DNA from: an uncultured Nitrospiraceae bacterium
GTDB lineage: Bacteria; Nitrospirota; Nitrospiria; Nitrospirales; Nitrospiraceae
DNA: 64,000 bases
Direction of reading: 5' to 3'
NCBI GenBank assembly: GCA_963730935.1
Contig: CAVSTP010000003.1
Coordinates: 384,001-448,000, forward strand
Shown here piece by piece: positions 41,466 through 51,632 of the stretch; the first letter of the stretch is position 1; the number at the start of each line of letters is the position of its first letter. The notes beneath the pieces were generated by a model that saw only the letters and a list, made by a program, of their open reading frames with translations, made no database searches and was not told the origin of the DNA. A program made the translations under genes and the position numbers.

Positions 41466-42813
41466 CTAAAAGTGGAAACGTAGGCCGAAGAGAAACATCA
41501 GGGAGGAGGCGTCATAATCGCCGGTCAGTCCGCCGCCGGTCGGCGCGCTTCTTTCGAAACTCCCACTATCTTTCTTCCACGCCATCTCGGTATTAACCGC
41601 CAGATTGGATGTGATGGGGAAGTCAAAACCGCCGGCCACACGCAGGGCGAAGGTATTCGGGAATGAAAAGGACTGATTGTTCAGCAGTGCTCCATTGCTG
41701 AATGAATGGGCATTCAGCCCGGCACCCAACGACGCGTAGGGAATCAACCATTCGAACCCTACAGTATTTCGCAGCAGATCTCGTGTGGGACGAAATTCCA
41801 CTACCGGTAAAAATGAGAACGTGTTTAAGGTTCCGACTTCAGTACCGCGCCCGTTGATCTTGTATCGTTGCCATTCGATCATCATTCCCACCCGTACCCA
41901 TTCTTTGAGGACATAGTATCCTTCGAGATTGACGAGAGGCCCTACAGAGGTGCCGCTGCTCAAGCCCTCTAATATCTGTTGGGTTGGGACGATCAATCCT
42001 GCTCGCAGGCCGACCACGAAGTCGCCCCCAACGGATCGGCCCTTCGCTTGTTCAGAACCTGTGGCAGGGGCCTCTTGCGGGGGTGCTCCCTTCGCCTCTG
42101 TTGCAGGAGTGATGGACGCCTCTTGGGCCGCCTTCGCCGCGGCGGCAGCGGCGGCAGCTGCGGCAGCGGCCTCCTGGGTCGCCTTCGGCGCTGTGGGAGC
42201 TGCACCGGGGGCCTCTTGGGCCGCCTTCGGCGGAGGGAGCTGCACCTGGGGCCTCTTGGGCCGCCTTCGGCGCTGACGGAGCTGCACCGGGGGCCGCCTT
42301 GGGCGCTGTGGGAGCTACGCCGGCGGCCTGTTGGGCCCCCTTCGCCGTAGCGGCGGCTGCGGCGGCTGCGGCAGCTGTGGCAGCGGCTTCTTCGGGCGTG
42401 GGCGTCTCGCCTTTTCCCTTCGGCTGGAGCGCTACCTGAATAGGACATCCGATTTCTAACGTTTCTCGTTTTTCGGGAACGACGAGCTCGCAGATGGCAT
42501 TTTTGTACAGTAGTAATTCACAGGAGGTTGGGCCACCGGTGGACTGCTGACATTGAAGATTGCTGATATTGATTTCGCAGATCCCGGGCTGCGGACATTG
42601 GTAGGTGGCCAGTGGTCCACCCTTGCCGGAAGTGACCGTCCAGACGCCGTACCGCAGCCCACGCTTCGCATCCAAGACATTTCCCACTTGGGAGATAATC
42701 CAATTTACTCGTGTAGGGAACTCATCCTCTGTGTGCTGTTGCCATTCAAGGGATTTCGTGGCGCATCCCGATACCAACAGCGCACAAGCCATTGCACAGA
42801 TGTGTTGCCGCAT
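41466..42813 (-). pseudogene. Frameshifted gene: Cys-rich lipoprotein domain + Ala/Pro repeat linker + outer-membrane beta-barrel
   Basis: ORFs 42052-42813 and 41466-42287 join through a repeat copy 2 nt short at ~42233; PYASLGAG and terminal FGLRFHF barrel signatures. Confidence 0.75.
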
Positions 42814-42940
42814 ACCAATCTCCTGAGCAGCCTTGTTTCAGATCACGGTGCGTATCGAAATTCTAGACTCGCTGCCTATAACATCGGTCGGCAACAGACG
42901 AGGGAACACATACTATCCTGTCGATTTTGAACTGGCAATA

Positions 42941-43096
42941 TCAATTTGGAGGTGGGAAAAACGGTGTCTTGAGCCGTTTTCTAGAGCGGGCTGCGGCCAT
43001 GATCACTTTGCGCAGCCGCGCCAGCATTTTGCCTCGCCAGTCCTGCAGTTCCTTGATGTCGTGGGTAATTTGTTCTGATGCGTTCACGTTTCCCAT
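42941..43096 (-). pseudogene. Truncated DUF1801-like protein
   Basis: AAGGAGG RBS; MGNVNASEQITHDIKELQDWRGKMLARLRKVIMAAA then unrelated tail and stop (51 aa). Confidence 0.65.
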
Positions 43097-43147
43097 GTTT
43101 GTCGTCCTCCTTAATGGTGCTCGGTCGCTATGAAACTAGACTGGTCG

Positions 43148-43549
43148 CTAAAGCGCCCGAAGGGGCAGCATCTCTCGCAGTTGGCCATCCCGCAGCCAAA
43201 GGCCGCCCCAAAGCAGTGTGCCCACGATCACAGCGAATATGATGTTGAAAATGGGGCCACCCATACGGACATGCGTTGCAACTGCGCCGCCCAGATACCC
43301 CGTTAACAGAATCGCGCCGAGAACTGAGGTGCGTGATATGAGATAGAGCAGTGTGCTGGTGAGCAACGTCACCCCAAGCCCAACGATTACGGATTCAGGA
43401 TAGCCCAACTCAACTGTTGCCTGCACAACGACAGCTGGCTTGAACAGCTTCATTATTCCATCCACCAGCAGAAATAGGGCGGGCAATCCACTCATGATGC
43501 GTCCTGCCCACAGATGCGTGCTCGAAATCGATCGGTCATTTGACTGCAT
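43148..43549 (-). CDS. DoxX family membrane protein
   Basis: LFLLVDGIMKL, LGYP, LGAILLTGYLGGAVATHVR, WGGLWLRD. Confidence 0.9.
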   Translation of the reverse strand: MQSNDRSISSTHLWAGRIMSGLPALFLLVDGIMKLFKPAVVVQATVELGYPESVIVGLGVTLLTSTLLYLISRTSVLGAILLTGYLGGAVATHVRMGGPIFNIIFAVIVGTLLWGGLWLRDGQLREMLPLRAL

Positions 43550-43586
43550 GCTTGGTCTCCTTTCGGTCAGTGTTCGACACTTGATA

Positions 43587-43612
43587 GTCGTTTGGCGCGT
43601 GCGAAATCGACA
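43587..43612 (-). promoter_or_regulatory. ECF42-type sigma promoter
   Basis: TGTCGA-N16-CGAC upstream of the DoxX gene. Confidence 0.6.
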
Positions 43613-43842
43613 TCTGTAAACCGTGAGCGTATGGATATCGCACGAAAGTGAGCTCGCCCAGACAAAGGTCTAGCCAACCATCCCGCCACATCGGTGGCTT
43701 AGCATGTGATGGCTGGGGAATCCCACGTTTGATTAATTAGGTATAAGAAACATGTTGACATGGAACCGAAGCTTGTGTAAATTCGCGTCCCTTCTACAGT
43801 TTATAGCCTAAGTTGAATGACTAGGTGGGCTAAGATGACGCC

Positions 43843-46026
43843 ATGCCAGCCGAAGTAGGGAGGGTTCCTCCTGGTCCCCATTTTTCCGCGTCGCCATCGC
43901 CCGGTGTGACTGACACCGGGTTGATCTGCCTCCTGATTTTGGCCCGCTTCTATGATCTGCCGGCCGACGGATCGCAACTGCGCCACTTGTACGCGCCGCC
44001 TGGGCAATTGCTCTCAGATACCGAACTGCTTCGTGCCGCCAAGCACTTGGGGCTCAAGGCCGGAGTGGTGAAGACGCAGTGGCAAAAATTAGCCAGCACG
44101 CCGTTTCCTGCGATCGCAAAGCTACAGGATGGCCGATATGTTGTACTCGCCAGGATCGACGGCGACAAGGCCCTGATTCAGGACCCCGTCGAGGGTCGTC
44201 CGCTCGTGTTGTCTCGTGAACAGTTTGAGTCGAAGTGGACGGGCGAACTATTGTTGTTCGCGAAGCGGGCGAATCTGCGTCAGGAGGATCTCAAATTTGA
44301 CTTCAACTGGTTCATTCCTGCCATCGTCAAATACCGCACGTTCCTTGGCGAAGTGTTCGTCGCCTCGTTCGTGTTGCAGTTATTCGCATTATTGACGCCC
44401 CTCTTCACGCAAGTCGTGATTGACAAGGTGCTAGTGCACAAGGGCTTTACGACCCTGCATGTGCTGGCGATCGGGATGGTCGCACTGGCCATCTTTGATG
44501 CCATGCTCGGCGGTCTACGCACCTATCTGTTTTCGCATACCACCAATCGGATCGACGTCGGGCTGGGCGCTCAATTGTTTCGCCACATTTTAGCCTTGCC
44601 GCTGGCCTATTTCGAAGCCAGGCGTGTCGGCGACACGGTGGCTCGGGTGCGTGAACTCGAACACATCCGGCAGTTCCTGACAAGCCATTCCGTGACAGTC
44701 GTGCTCGATCTCGTGTTTACGGTCGTGTTCCTGGTCGTCATGTGGTTCTACAGCTCTACGCTCACGATGGTTGTGACGGCGTCGCTACCATTGTATGCAC
44801 TGCTGTCGATCGCGATCACACCGACGATACGCGCTCGCCTGCACGAGAAGTTCAATAGGGGAGCGGAGAATCAATCGTTCTTGGTGGAGGCGATCAGCGG
44901 GATTCAGACCGTCAAGGCTCTGGCGGTCGAGCCGTCGCTGCTGCGCAAATGGGAAGAGCAGCTGGCGGGGTATGTGCGGGCAAGTTTCCGTGCAACGAGT
45001 CTCATTACCGTGGCCGGGCAAGTTGCAGGCTGCATCCAAAAACTCACAACCGTCGCCGTGCTATGGGTGGGGGCCTATCGAGTGATCGAAGGAGACCTCA
45101 GCATCGGGCAGTTGATCGCCTTTAACATGCTGTCGGCGCAAGTGACGGGACCGTTGCTGCGATTGGTTAGTCTTTGGCAGGAGTTTCAGCAGGTGGGGAT
45201 TTCTGTGCAACGATTAGGCGATGTGCTCAACGCCCAACCGGAGCCATCGTACAAGCCGAATCGGACGACATTGCCCCAAGTCGCAGGACAGGTGACCCTC
45301 GAAGACGTGACGTTTCGCTATCGCCCTGGCAGTTCGGAGGTGCTCCGGAAGATTTCGTTCTCTGTCACTCCAGGCAGGGTCGTCGGCATTGTGGGGCGCT
45401 CAGGATCCGGCAAAAGTACGATTGCCAAACTGATTCAGCGACTGTATGTGCCGGAGCGTGGACGCATCCTCGTGGATAATGTTGATCTTGCGCAGGTCGA
45501 TCCGGCCTGGTTACGGCGGCAGGTGGGAGTGGTGCTTCAAGAAAACTTTCTCTTCAACAGTTCCGCGCGCGACAACATTGCGTTGACGGACCCCGGCTTA
45601 GCGATGGAGCAGGTCATTCAGGCGGCGAAGCTGGCGGGTGCGCATGAGTTCATTCTCAACCTGGCGGATGGCTATGACACCATGGTCGGCGAACACGGCT
45701 GTTCGCTTTCCGGTGGACAACGGCAACGCATTGCCATTGCAAGAGCTTTGGTCGCCAACCCTCGCATTTTGATTTTCGATGAAGCGACGAGCGCACTGGA
45801 TTACGAGTCCGAAGCCGTCATCCAAAAGAACATGGCGCAAATTTGCCAGGGACGGACCGTCTTCATCATCGCGCATCGGCTCAGCACGGTGCGGCCAGCC
45901 CATCGGATTTATGTGATCGATAAGGGCGAACTTGTCGAAGAAGGGTCGCACCAAGAACTTCTGCGTGCCAACGGTTTTTACGCACGCTTGTGTAAGTTGC
46001 AGGATAGCGGAACGGGCATGGCATAA
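43843..46026 (+). CDS. Type I secretion ABC transporter, HlyB family, with C39-like domain
   Basis: FDFNWFIPAIVKYR, GRSGSGKST, LSGGQRQR, FDEATSALD. Confidence 0.95.
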   Translation: MPAEVGRVPPGPHFSASPSPGVTDTGLICLLILARFYDLPADGSQLRHLYAPPGQLLSDTELLRAAKHLGLKAGVVKTQWQKLASTPFPAIAKLQDGRYVVLARIDGDKALIQDPVEGRPLVLSREQFESKWTGELLLFAKRANLRQEDLKFDFNWFIPAIVKYRTFLGEVFVASFVLQLFALLTPLFTQVVIDKVLVHKGFTTLHVLAIGMVALAIFDAMLGGLRTYLFSHTTNRIDVGLGAQLFRHILALPLAYFEARRVGDTVARVRELEHIRQFLTSHSVTVVLDLVFTVVFLVVMWFYSSTLTMVVTASLPLYALLSIAITPTIRARLHEKFNRGAENQSFLVEAISGIQTVKALAVEPSLLRKWEEQLAGYVRASFRATSLITVAGQVAGCIQKLTTVAVLWVGAYRVIEGDLSIGQLIAFNMLSAQVTGPLLRLVSLWQEFQQVGISVQRLGDVLNAQPEPSYKPNRTTLPQVAGQVTLEDVTFRYRPGSSEVLRKISFSVTPGRVVGIVGRSGSGKSTIAKLIQRLYVPERGRILVDNVDLAQVDPAWLRRQVGVVLQENFLFNSSARDNIALTDPGLAMEQVIQAAKLAGAHEFILNLADGYDTMVGEHGCSLSGGQRQRIAIARALVANPRILIFDEATSALDYESEAVIQKNMAQICQGRTVFIIAHRLSTVRPAHRIYVIDKGELVEEGSHQELLRANGFYARLCKLQDSGTGMA

Positions 46027-46042
46027 GCCGAAGGCGCGAACA

Positions 46043-47434
46043 ATGGCGTTCGGTACGCTCGCGAGACATTGGACCATCTGGAAGACGACGTGGCAAGCCG
46101 TGTCGACTCGCGAACTAGGCACGGCACCAGGTGGGCGGGCCACGGAGTTCCTGCCGGCTGTGCTCGAGATCCAACAGGCGCCGCCATCTCCCATTGGCCG
46201 TGCAATCACATGGACCATTATCGCCGTATGCACTGCTGGAATTTTGTGGGCCACATTCGGGTGGATCGATATTGTCGCGACCGCTCAGGGGAAGGTTATT
46301 GCCAGCGGCTATTCCAAGGTCATTCAGCCCTACGAAACCGGTGTGATTGCGTCGATTCACGTGATAGATGGGCAGGTCGTAGCGCGTGGCGAGGTACTCA
46401 TCGAATTGGATCCGACACAAAACCGCGCAGATCACGATCGGGCGTCCAATGAATATCGCGCCGCGAAAGTCGATGCGGCTCGATTGCGGGCCTTGATCGC
46501 CGGCAAGAGCACCTTCGATGAACCTTCAGATGGGGATCCTCGGTATATCCTGCTCCAACAACAGCTGCTGCGTGACCAATTGACCGAATACCAGGCTCGC
46601 GTCGGTGCTGCTCAGCACCTGATCGGTCAACGCAGAGCGGCGCTCGATCAGACCAAAGAAAACATTCGCCGGCTGGAGGCCACGGTGCCGATGGAAACGG
46701 AGCGGGCGGATGCTTACAAGAAACTGCTCGAACACGATGCCGCCACGAAGCTCGATTTTCTGCAGGCCGAGCAGCAACGAATCGATAAGACCCAAGAACT
46801 AGCCGGACAGCGCAAGAAGCTCGTGCAAGACGCAGCCACACTCTCGGAGGCCGAAAACAATTATCGGGTTACTGTGACGGAGTTCCAGCAGGCCAAACAG
46901 GCGGAGTTGTCCACGATCGAGACGAAAGCTGGTTCGCTGGCTCAAGACGTGACGAAGGCGGGACAGAAGGCGGACTTGCAACGATTGATGAGTCCCATTG
47001 ACGGCGTCGTGCAGCAACTCTCGGTGCACACGGTCGGTGGTGTGGTGACGCCGGCTCAGCAACTGCTGATCGTCGTACCTCAAGATCATCCTGTCGAAGT
47101 GGAAGCCCAAGTGGAGAACAAAGATGTGGGGTTCGTGAGAGAGGGGCAGCCGGTCGAGATCAAGGTGGAAACGTTCTTGTTCACGCTCTACGGCACGATT
47201 CCCGGGAAGGTGTTGTCAGTTTCTGGCGATGCCGCGGCGATCGAAAAAGTCGGTCTCATCTATCCCACGAGAGTGAGCATGGACCGGTCCACAATCGAAG
47301 TCGACAGCAAGCAGGTGAATCTCTCGCCGGGCATGGCCGTCACGGTGGAAATCAAGACGGGGAAGCGCCGCTTGATCGAATACCTTTTGAGTCCTCTCCT
47401 CAAATCCGTCAAAGAAAGCCTGCGGGAGCGGTAG
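46043..47434 (+). CDS. HlyD family type I secretion membrane fusion protein
   Basis: EFLPAVLEIQ, SPIDGVVQQL, GGVVTPA, EIKTGKR..YLLSP; ATG at 46043. Confidence 0.95.
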   Translation: MAFGTLARHWTIWKTTWQAVSTRELGTAPGGRATEFLPAVLEIQQAPPSPIGRAITWTIIAVCTAGILWATFGWIDIVATAQGKVIASGYSKVIQPYETGVIASIHVIDGQVVARGEVLIELDPTQNRADHDRASNEYRAAKVDAARLRALIAGKSTFDEPSDGDPRYILLQQQLLRDQLTEYQARVGAAQHLIGQRRAALDQTKENIRRLEATVPMETERADAYKKLLEHDAATKLDFLQAEQQRIDKTQELAGQRKKLVQDAATLSEAENNYRVTVTEFQQAKQAELSTIETKAGSLAQDVTKAGQKADLQRLMSPIDGVVQQLSVHTVGGVVTPAQQLLIVVPQDHPVEVEAQVENKDVGFVREGQPVEIKVETFLFTLYGTIPGKVLSVSGDAAAIEKVGLIYPTRVSMDRSTIEVDSKQVNLSPGMAVTVEIKTGKRRLIEYLLSPLLKSVKESLRER

Positions 47435-47438
47435 CAAC

Positions 47439-48812
47439 ATGTCGAGCCCGCTCGTTTTGTCACTCACCGAACGCTTGCGGGCCTTTGGGTCCTTGATCGG
47501 CATCGTCATTGCTTTGTCTGTACCTAATGGTGTGAGCTGGGCAATCAGTGACCAGACAGCACCAGAGAAGGCTGCGCCGCTACCGCCTCTGTCGCTCACG
47601 TTGCGCGGTGCGTTGGCAGCCGCAGTGGACAATAACCCGGATGTGCAGCTGTACAAAGAGCGTATCGAAGCGGCACACGGCCAAGTTCGAACACAACTCG
47701 GTGCGTTGCTGCCGAATCTCTCTTCGAATGTGCGACAGTCCAGGCAAACAGTGTTCCTCGGCACCTTTGGTCTTGCGCCGGTGCGGAGCGATCCCTTCAG
47801 TATTTTCGACCTCCGAGTCAACGGGTCGCAAAATGTGGTCAGCGTCAGCTTGATCCAGCGCTGGCGAGCGTCGCGAGAGAACCTCTATATCGCCGAGTTC
47901 GAATCGGATGCGAAGAAGTACGACACCATGGCGAGCGTGGCCCTCGCCTATATGGAAGGGCTGAAAGCCATGGGGATGGTCAAGATGCGCGAATCCAATC
48001 AGCAGATCATGAGTGAGCTGCTGAGCTTGGTCAAACAACGGCAGAAGACCGGCGTTGCAACGGGCATGGACATTGCGCGTCTGGATGCGCAACTCGCCAA
48101 TGAGAAGCAATTGGCCGCAGCATCGCGCTACGACGTGCAACACGCCAAACTGAACCTGATGAATCTGCTCAACTTGCCGTACGAAACACCATTGGCCTTG
48201 CAGGATGAATTCAAGACGGAGATGTACGAACAGCTGGAGTCTCAGGCTGCCGTCGAAGAGGCGCTCGTCAATCGGCCAGAAGTGCAGGCGCAGTTCACTC
48301 GAATCAAAGCCACCGAGCTGACGTATTCATCCATTACCGGAGAGCGGTTGCCGTCGCTGGTCGCACAGGGGGATTATGGGCTGATCGGGAATCGATGGAG
48401 TAACACGCTTGAGACGTACAATATGGCCTTGTTGCTGCAGATTCCGATTTTCGATGGCGCTCAGCGCGAAGGCCGAATTGCTGAGGCTCGAAGCAATCTA
48501 CGCCAGGAGGCGCTTCGAATGCGTTCCGTCCTCAATCAGGTCAAAATGGAAGTACACGATGCGCTTGCCGGAATCGTGGCGGCTAAGGAACAAGTCGCGG
48601 TCGCACAGGCTGGGCTGCAAATGGCCATTAAAGAACTTGAACTGGCGCGTGAACGCTACTCCGTCATCACGGCGGCCAGCTATTTCGAGTTAACCAATGG
48701 ACTGTATTCCGTGTCGAGAGCCCGAGAAAATCTCGTAAATGCGCTTTTTCAGTTGAACGCCTCGCGCGTCAATCTCGCCCGATCGACCGGCGCGCTGCAA
48801 TCGCTCAACTAG
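47439..48812 (+). CDS. TolC family outer membrane protein
   Basis: LTLRGALAAAVDNNP, LLPNL, RLPSL, IPIFDG, ARERY. Confidence 0.88.
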   Translation: MSSPLVLSLTERLRAFGSLIGIVIALSVPNGVSWAISDQTAPEKAAPLPPLSLTLRGALAAAVDNNPDVQLYKERIEAAHGQVRTQLGALLPNLSSNVRQSRQTVFLGTFGLAPVRSDPFSIFDLRVNGSQNVVSVSLIQRWRASRENLYIAEFESDAKKYDTMASVALAYMEGLKAMGMVKMRESNQQIMSELLSLVKQRQKTGVATGMDIARLDAQLANEKQLAAASRYDVQHAKLNLMNLLNLPYETPLALQDEFKTEMYEQLESQAAVEEALVNRPEVQAQFTRIKATELTYSSITGERLPSLVAQGDYGLIGNRWSNTLETYNMALLLQIPIFDGAQREGRIAEARSNLRQEALRMRSVLNQVKMEVHDALAGIVAAKEQVAVAQAGLQMAIKELELARERYSVITAASYFELTNGLYSVSRARENLVNALFQLNASRVNLARSTGALQSLN

Positions 48813-48962
48813 AACCTACCTTGATTGGCCCCCTCCTCTTCATTCCTCTTGACCTCAAGAACCCATTCGGCGTACAAGCGCGCACTGTGCTGTGGCCTCC
48901 CTAATAGCGTAGGAGTCTCGGCAGACTTGGATGACGAAACATCTTATGGGAGGAATTCGGCT

Positions 48963-49409
48963 ATGCATCTCGGGCGCATCGGAATGGTTTTGGCGCTGAT
49001 TGAAATACTTTCCGTCATCGGGTGCGCGAGTCACAAACACTTCCCCGAATCATCCCTTACCGGAGGAGTGTTCGAGGTAAGAATTGACAACTTGCTGACG
49101 CCACAGTCGGTGACCGCAAAACGTGGTGACGAAGTGAAGTGGATCAATACGAGCCATGCCCCGGTGGATGTTTCAGTAGTCCAAACGCGGGAGGAGCTCA
49201 TCTCCTGTCAGAGGGGGTTTGCGTCAACAAATTTGGGGTATTTCTTCGGCACATCGGAATATGAGAACATTGTGATGGCGACAGTGCGCCCCAACGAATC
49301 CGCCAGCCTGTGCTTCGCCATCTCTGGAAAGTATGTCTATACCCTGCGCAAAGATCCTTCCAGAACCGGCTCACTCGATAGGATGAGTGGATCTATCACG
49401 ATCGAATAA
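48963..49409 (+). CDS. Cupredoxin-like lipoprotein
   Basis: GGAGG RBS, lipobox VIGC; LTP..V.AKRGDEVKWIN..ASLCF..G.Y.Y..GSITIE. Confidence 0.7.
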   Translation: MHLGRIGMVLALIEILSVIGCASHKHFPESSLTGGVFEVRIDNLLTPQSVTAKRGDEVKWINTSHAPVDVSVVQTREELISCQRGFASTNLGYFFGTSEYENIVMATVRPNESASLCFAISGKYVYTLRKDPSRTGSLDRMSGSITIE

Positions 49410-49412
49410 GAG

Positions 49413-51626
49413 TTAACGGTCGCTCCGGGGAAGTATTGGGAAACGGCGAGCTGTAATGAGCCTGCCCTCAAGCTCCGACGACGACGCTGACGTGGACTCT
49501 TGGGTCCTTCCCTCAGGAAGCGTGATGAGAAAGCTTGTCCCGCTTCCCACGGTACTGCGAGCTTCGACCGTGCCGCCGTGTTCTTGAATGATCTGATGGA
49601 CGATGGAAAGGCCGAGGCCTGTCCCCACACGATCGGTGCTTTCATGTTTCGTGGTAAAGAACGGGTCAAAGATATGCGGGAGATCTTCAGGCGCAATTCC
49701 ACAGCCAGTATCCGCCACTTCGATTTGCACCCATCCACTCTTGTCGAGACGGACCACGCGGCGAGTCGTGACGGCTAGGTGCCCTCCCGTCTTCGCCATG
49801 GCGTCAATGGCATTCATGGCAAGATTCATGATCACCTGCTTAATCTGTTGGCGATCGACCAGCATGGCTGGGAGATCTTCGGCGAGGTGTTTCTCAATGG
49901 TGATCCCCAGCTTGTCCGCTTTGACCTCGATAAATTGCAGGCACGAGGAGACGATGTTGTTGAGCGATTCTGCGGAAAACTTCGGTTTCATATAACGTGC
50001 GTAGTCAAGAATTTCTTCGATGAGACGTTCAATACGGGCAAGATCGTCGACCACCTGGGCGCTGAACGAATCCATAAAATAGGGATCGTCTCGTCGCGAC
50101 GGTACCAATTGGATGAACGTACTAATCGATGTCAGAGGGTTGCGCACTTCGTGAGCAAATCCGCCTGCAATGGCTTCCAATGAACGGAGCCGATCGGCGC
50201 GCCGCAGCAGGAGTTGGGTGTGCTTCCACTCTTCATGCAAGACGGCATTTTCGAGGGCGATCGCGGCATTGTCTGCAAGCGAGCGGAGCAGGCTGAGCTC
50301 GTCGTGCGAATACAATCCCAGGCATGGCTTATGTCCGAGATTGACGAAGCCGATCAAGCTCTTCTTATTGACAAGCGGCAAGCATACTTCAGAGCCCAGT
50401 TGTGTCATGGTCTCAACCAGTGCGGCGGCCAATCGCTCGTCGAATCCTGGCGAACGTTGCTGGAGTTCTTCTTTGACGATCGGCTGATTGCACGCCAACA
50501 GGTAATTTGTAAAAGGTTCGTTGTTCATGACCCGCATGGGGCTCCGCTGCTCGTTGAGCCCGCGCGATGCCTTCGGCACATAGCACCCTTTTTCCTTGTC
50601 AAAGAGAAACAGCGAGATCTTCTCGATGCCCATGACTGTCTGGAGCGTATCTACGATTTCGGCTTGCAGATTGGCAAGATCGAGCTTCATCACCATGGCA
50701 TGCGCGAATCGGGTTAACGTCTCGTAGGCGTCATGCCGGCTGGGGAAAAACGCTCTATTGACGGCAGATTGAAGGCGTGGCTGGAAAATGAGGAGCAAGA
50801 CGGTGAAGGCGACAGTCGTGAGAGCCAGGAGCAACGAGACTGTAACGGGAGGGAGGTCATCCAGCGCATAGCCGAGGAAGACGACAAGGAGCGTGAAGGG
50901 GATGAGCGGCAGATAGACGGCGCTCCGAGACACGAGGAGGGCTGCATCCAGGAGCCGGTACCGGAGAATCGAAATTGTGATGACGGCTGTCAGCAGAAAG
51001 ATGGGAATGTATCCAAAGGGATAGATTTCATAGCCGAACGCCGGGAAGAAATCGATCGAGCCTGTATAGGCAATGACAAAGGCAGGCAGAAGGAATTTGA
51101 TCTGCTGACGCTTAATGGGAGTCGTGACGGTGCGATACGTGTGGATGTAGTCGGTGAAGGCCACGGCCATATACGAGAAGAAGATGATGAAAAATGGCGC
51201 ACTTGCCGCTCCCCATTGCGGGAAATAGCCCCACCAAAATCGATGGACGCCTGCGACAAAGTCTTCACGGAAGAGGACGGCCCCAGCCATAAGCGTTGCG
51301 AGTGCATAGCCTATCCATATCGAACGGCGACGTTGGAGTTGGAGAAACTCGGCTGAGAATCCGTAGAATGCGAGAGAGATGTACATGACACCGACATTGT
51401 CGAGTTTAAACCAGTGCAACGCTGTTTTGGCATCCGTTGAGCAAAGACCGATGCTGGTCGCGTCGAGCCAGATGGCGATGCTGGCACAGAGAACGAGGAA
51501 ATGGCGATGTGCGGGGGATTGTCTATTGGATCGGTAAACGAGGAATCCCAACGCAAGGGTGACGATCCCCACGAGAAAGATGGGAATGGCATGGACGTTG
51601 ATGAAATAGGTTGAAGCCGCGACCAT
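49413..51626 (-). CDS. Sensor histidine kinase with multi-TM (HisKA_7TM-like) input and GAF domain
   Basis: Many N-terminal TM helices; GAF LPL..LIGFVNLG..Y..ELSLL..AAIALENA; FAHEVRNPL, FDPFFTTK, GTGLGL. Confidence 0.88.
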   Translation of the reverse strand: MVAASTYFINVHAIPIFLVGIVTLALGFLVYRSNRQSPAHRHFLVLCASIAIWLDATSIGLCSTDAKTALHWFKLDNVGVMYISLAFYGFSAEFLQLQRRRSIWIGYALATLMAGAVLFREDFVAGVHRFWWGYFPQWGAASAPFFIIFFSYMAVAFTDYIHTYRTVTTPIKRQQIKFLLPAFVIAYTGSIDFFPAFGYEIYPFGYIPIFLLTAVITISILRYRLLDAALLVSRSAVYLPLIPFTLLVVFLGYALDDLPPVTVSLLLALTTVAFTVLLLIFQPRLQSAVNRAFFPSRHDAYETLTRFAHAMVMKLDLANLQAEIVDTLQTVMGIEKISLFLFDKEKGCYVPKASRGLNEQRSPMRVMNNEPFTNYLLACNQPIVKEELQQRSPGFDERLAAALVETMTQLGSEVCLPLVNKKSLIGFVNLGHKPCLGLYSHDELSLLRSLADNAAIALENAVLHEEWKHTQLLLRRADRLRSLEAIAGGFAHEVRNPLTSISTFIQLVPSRRDDPYFMDSFSAQVVDDLARIERLIEEILDYARYMKPKFSAESLNNIVSSCLQFIEVKADKLGITIEKHLAEDLPAMLVDRQQIKQVIMNLAMNAIDAMAKTGGHLAVTTRRVVRLDKSGWVQIEVADTGCGIAPEDLPHIFDPFFTTKHESTDRVGTGLGLSIVHQIIQEHGGTVEARSTVGSGTSFLITLPEGRTQESTSASSSELEGRLITARRFPILPRSDR

Positions 51627-51632
51627 GATGCG

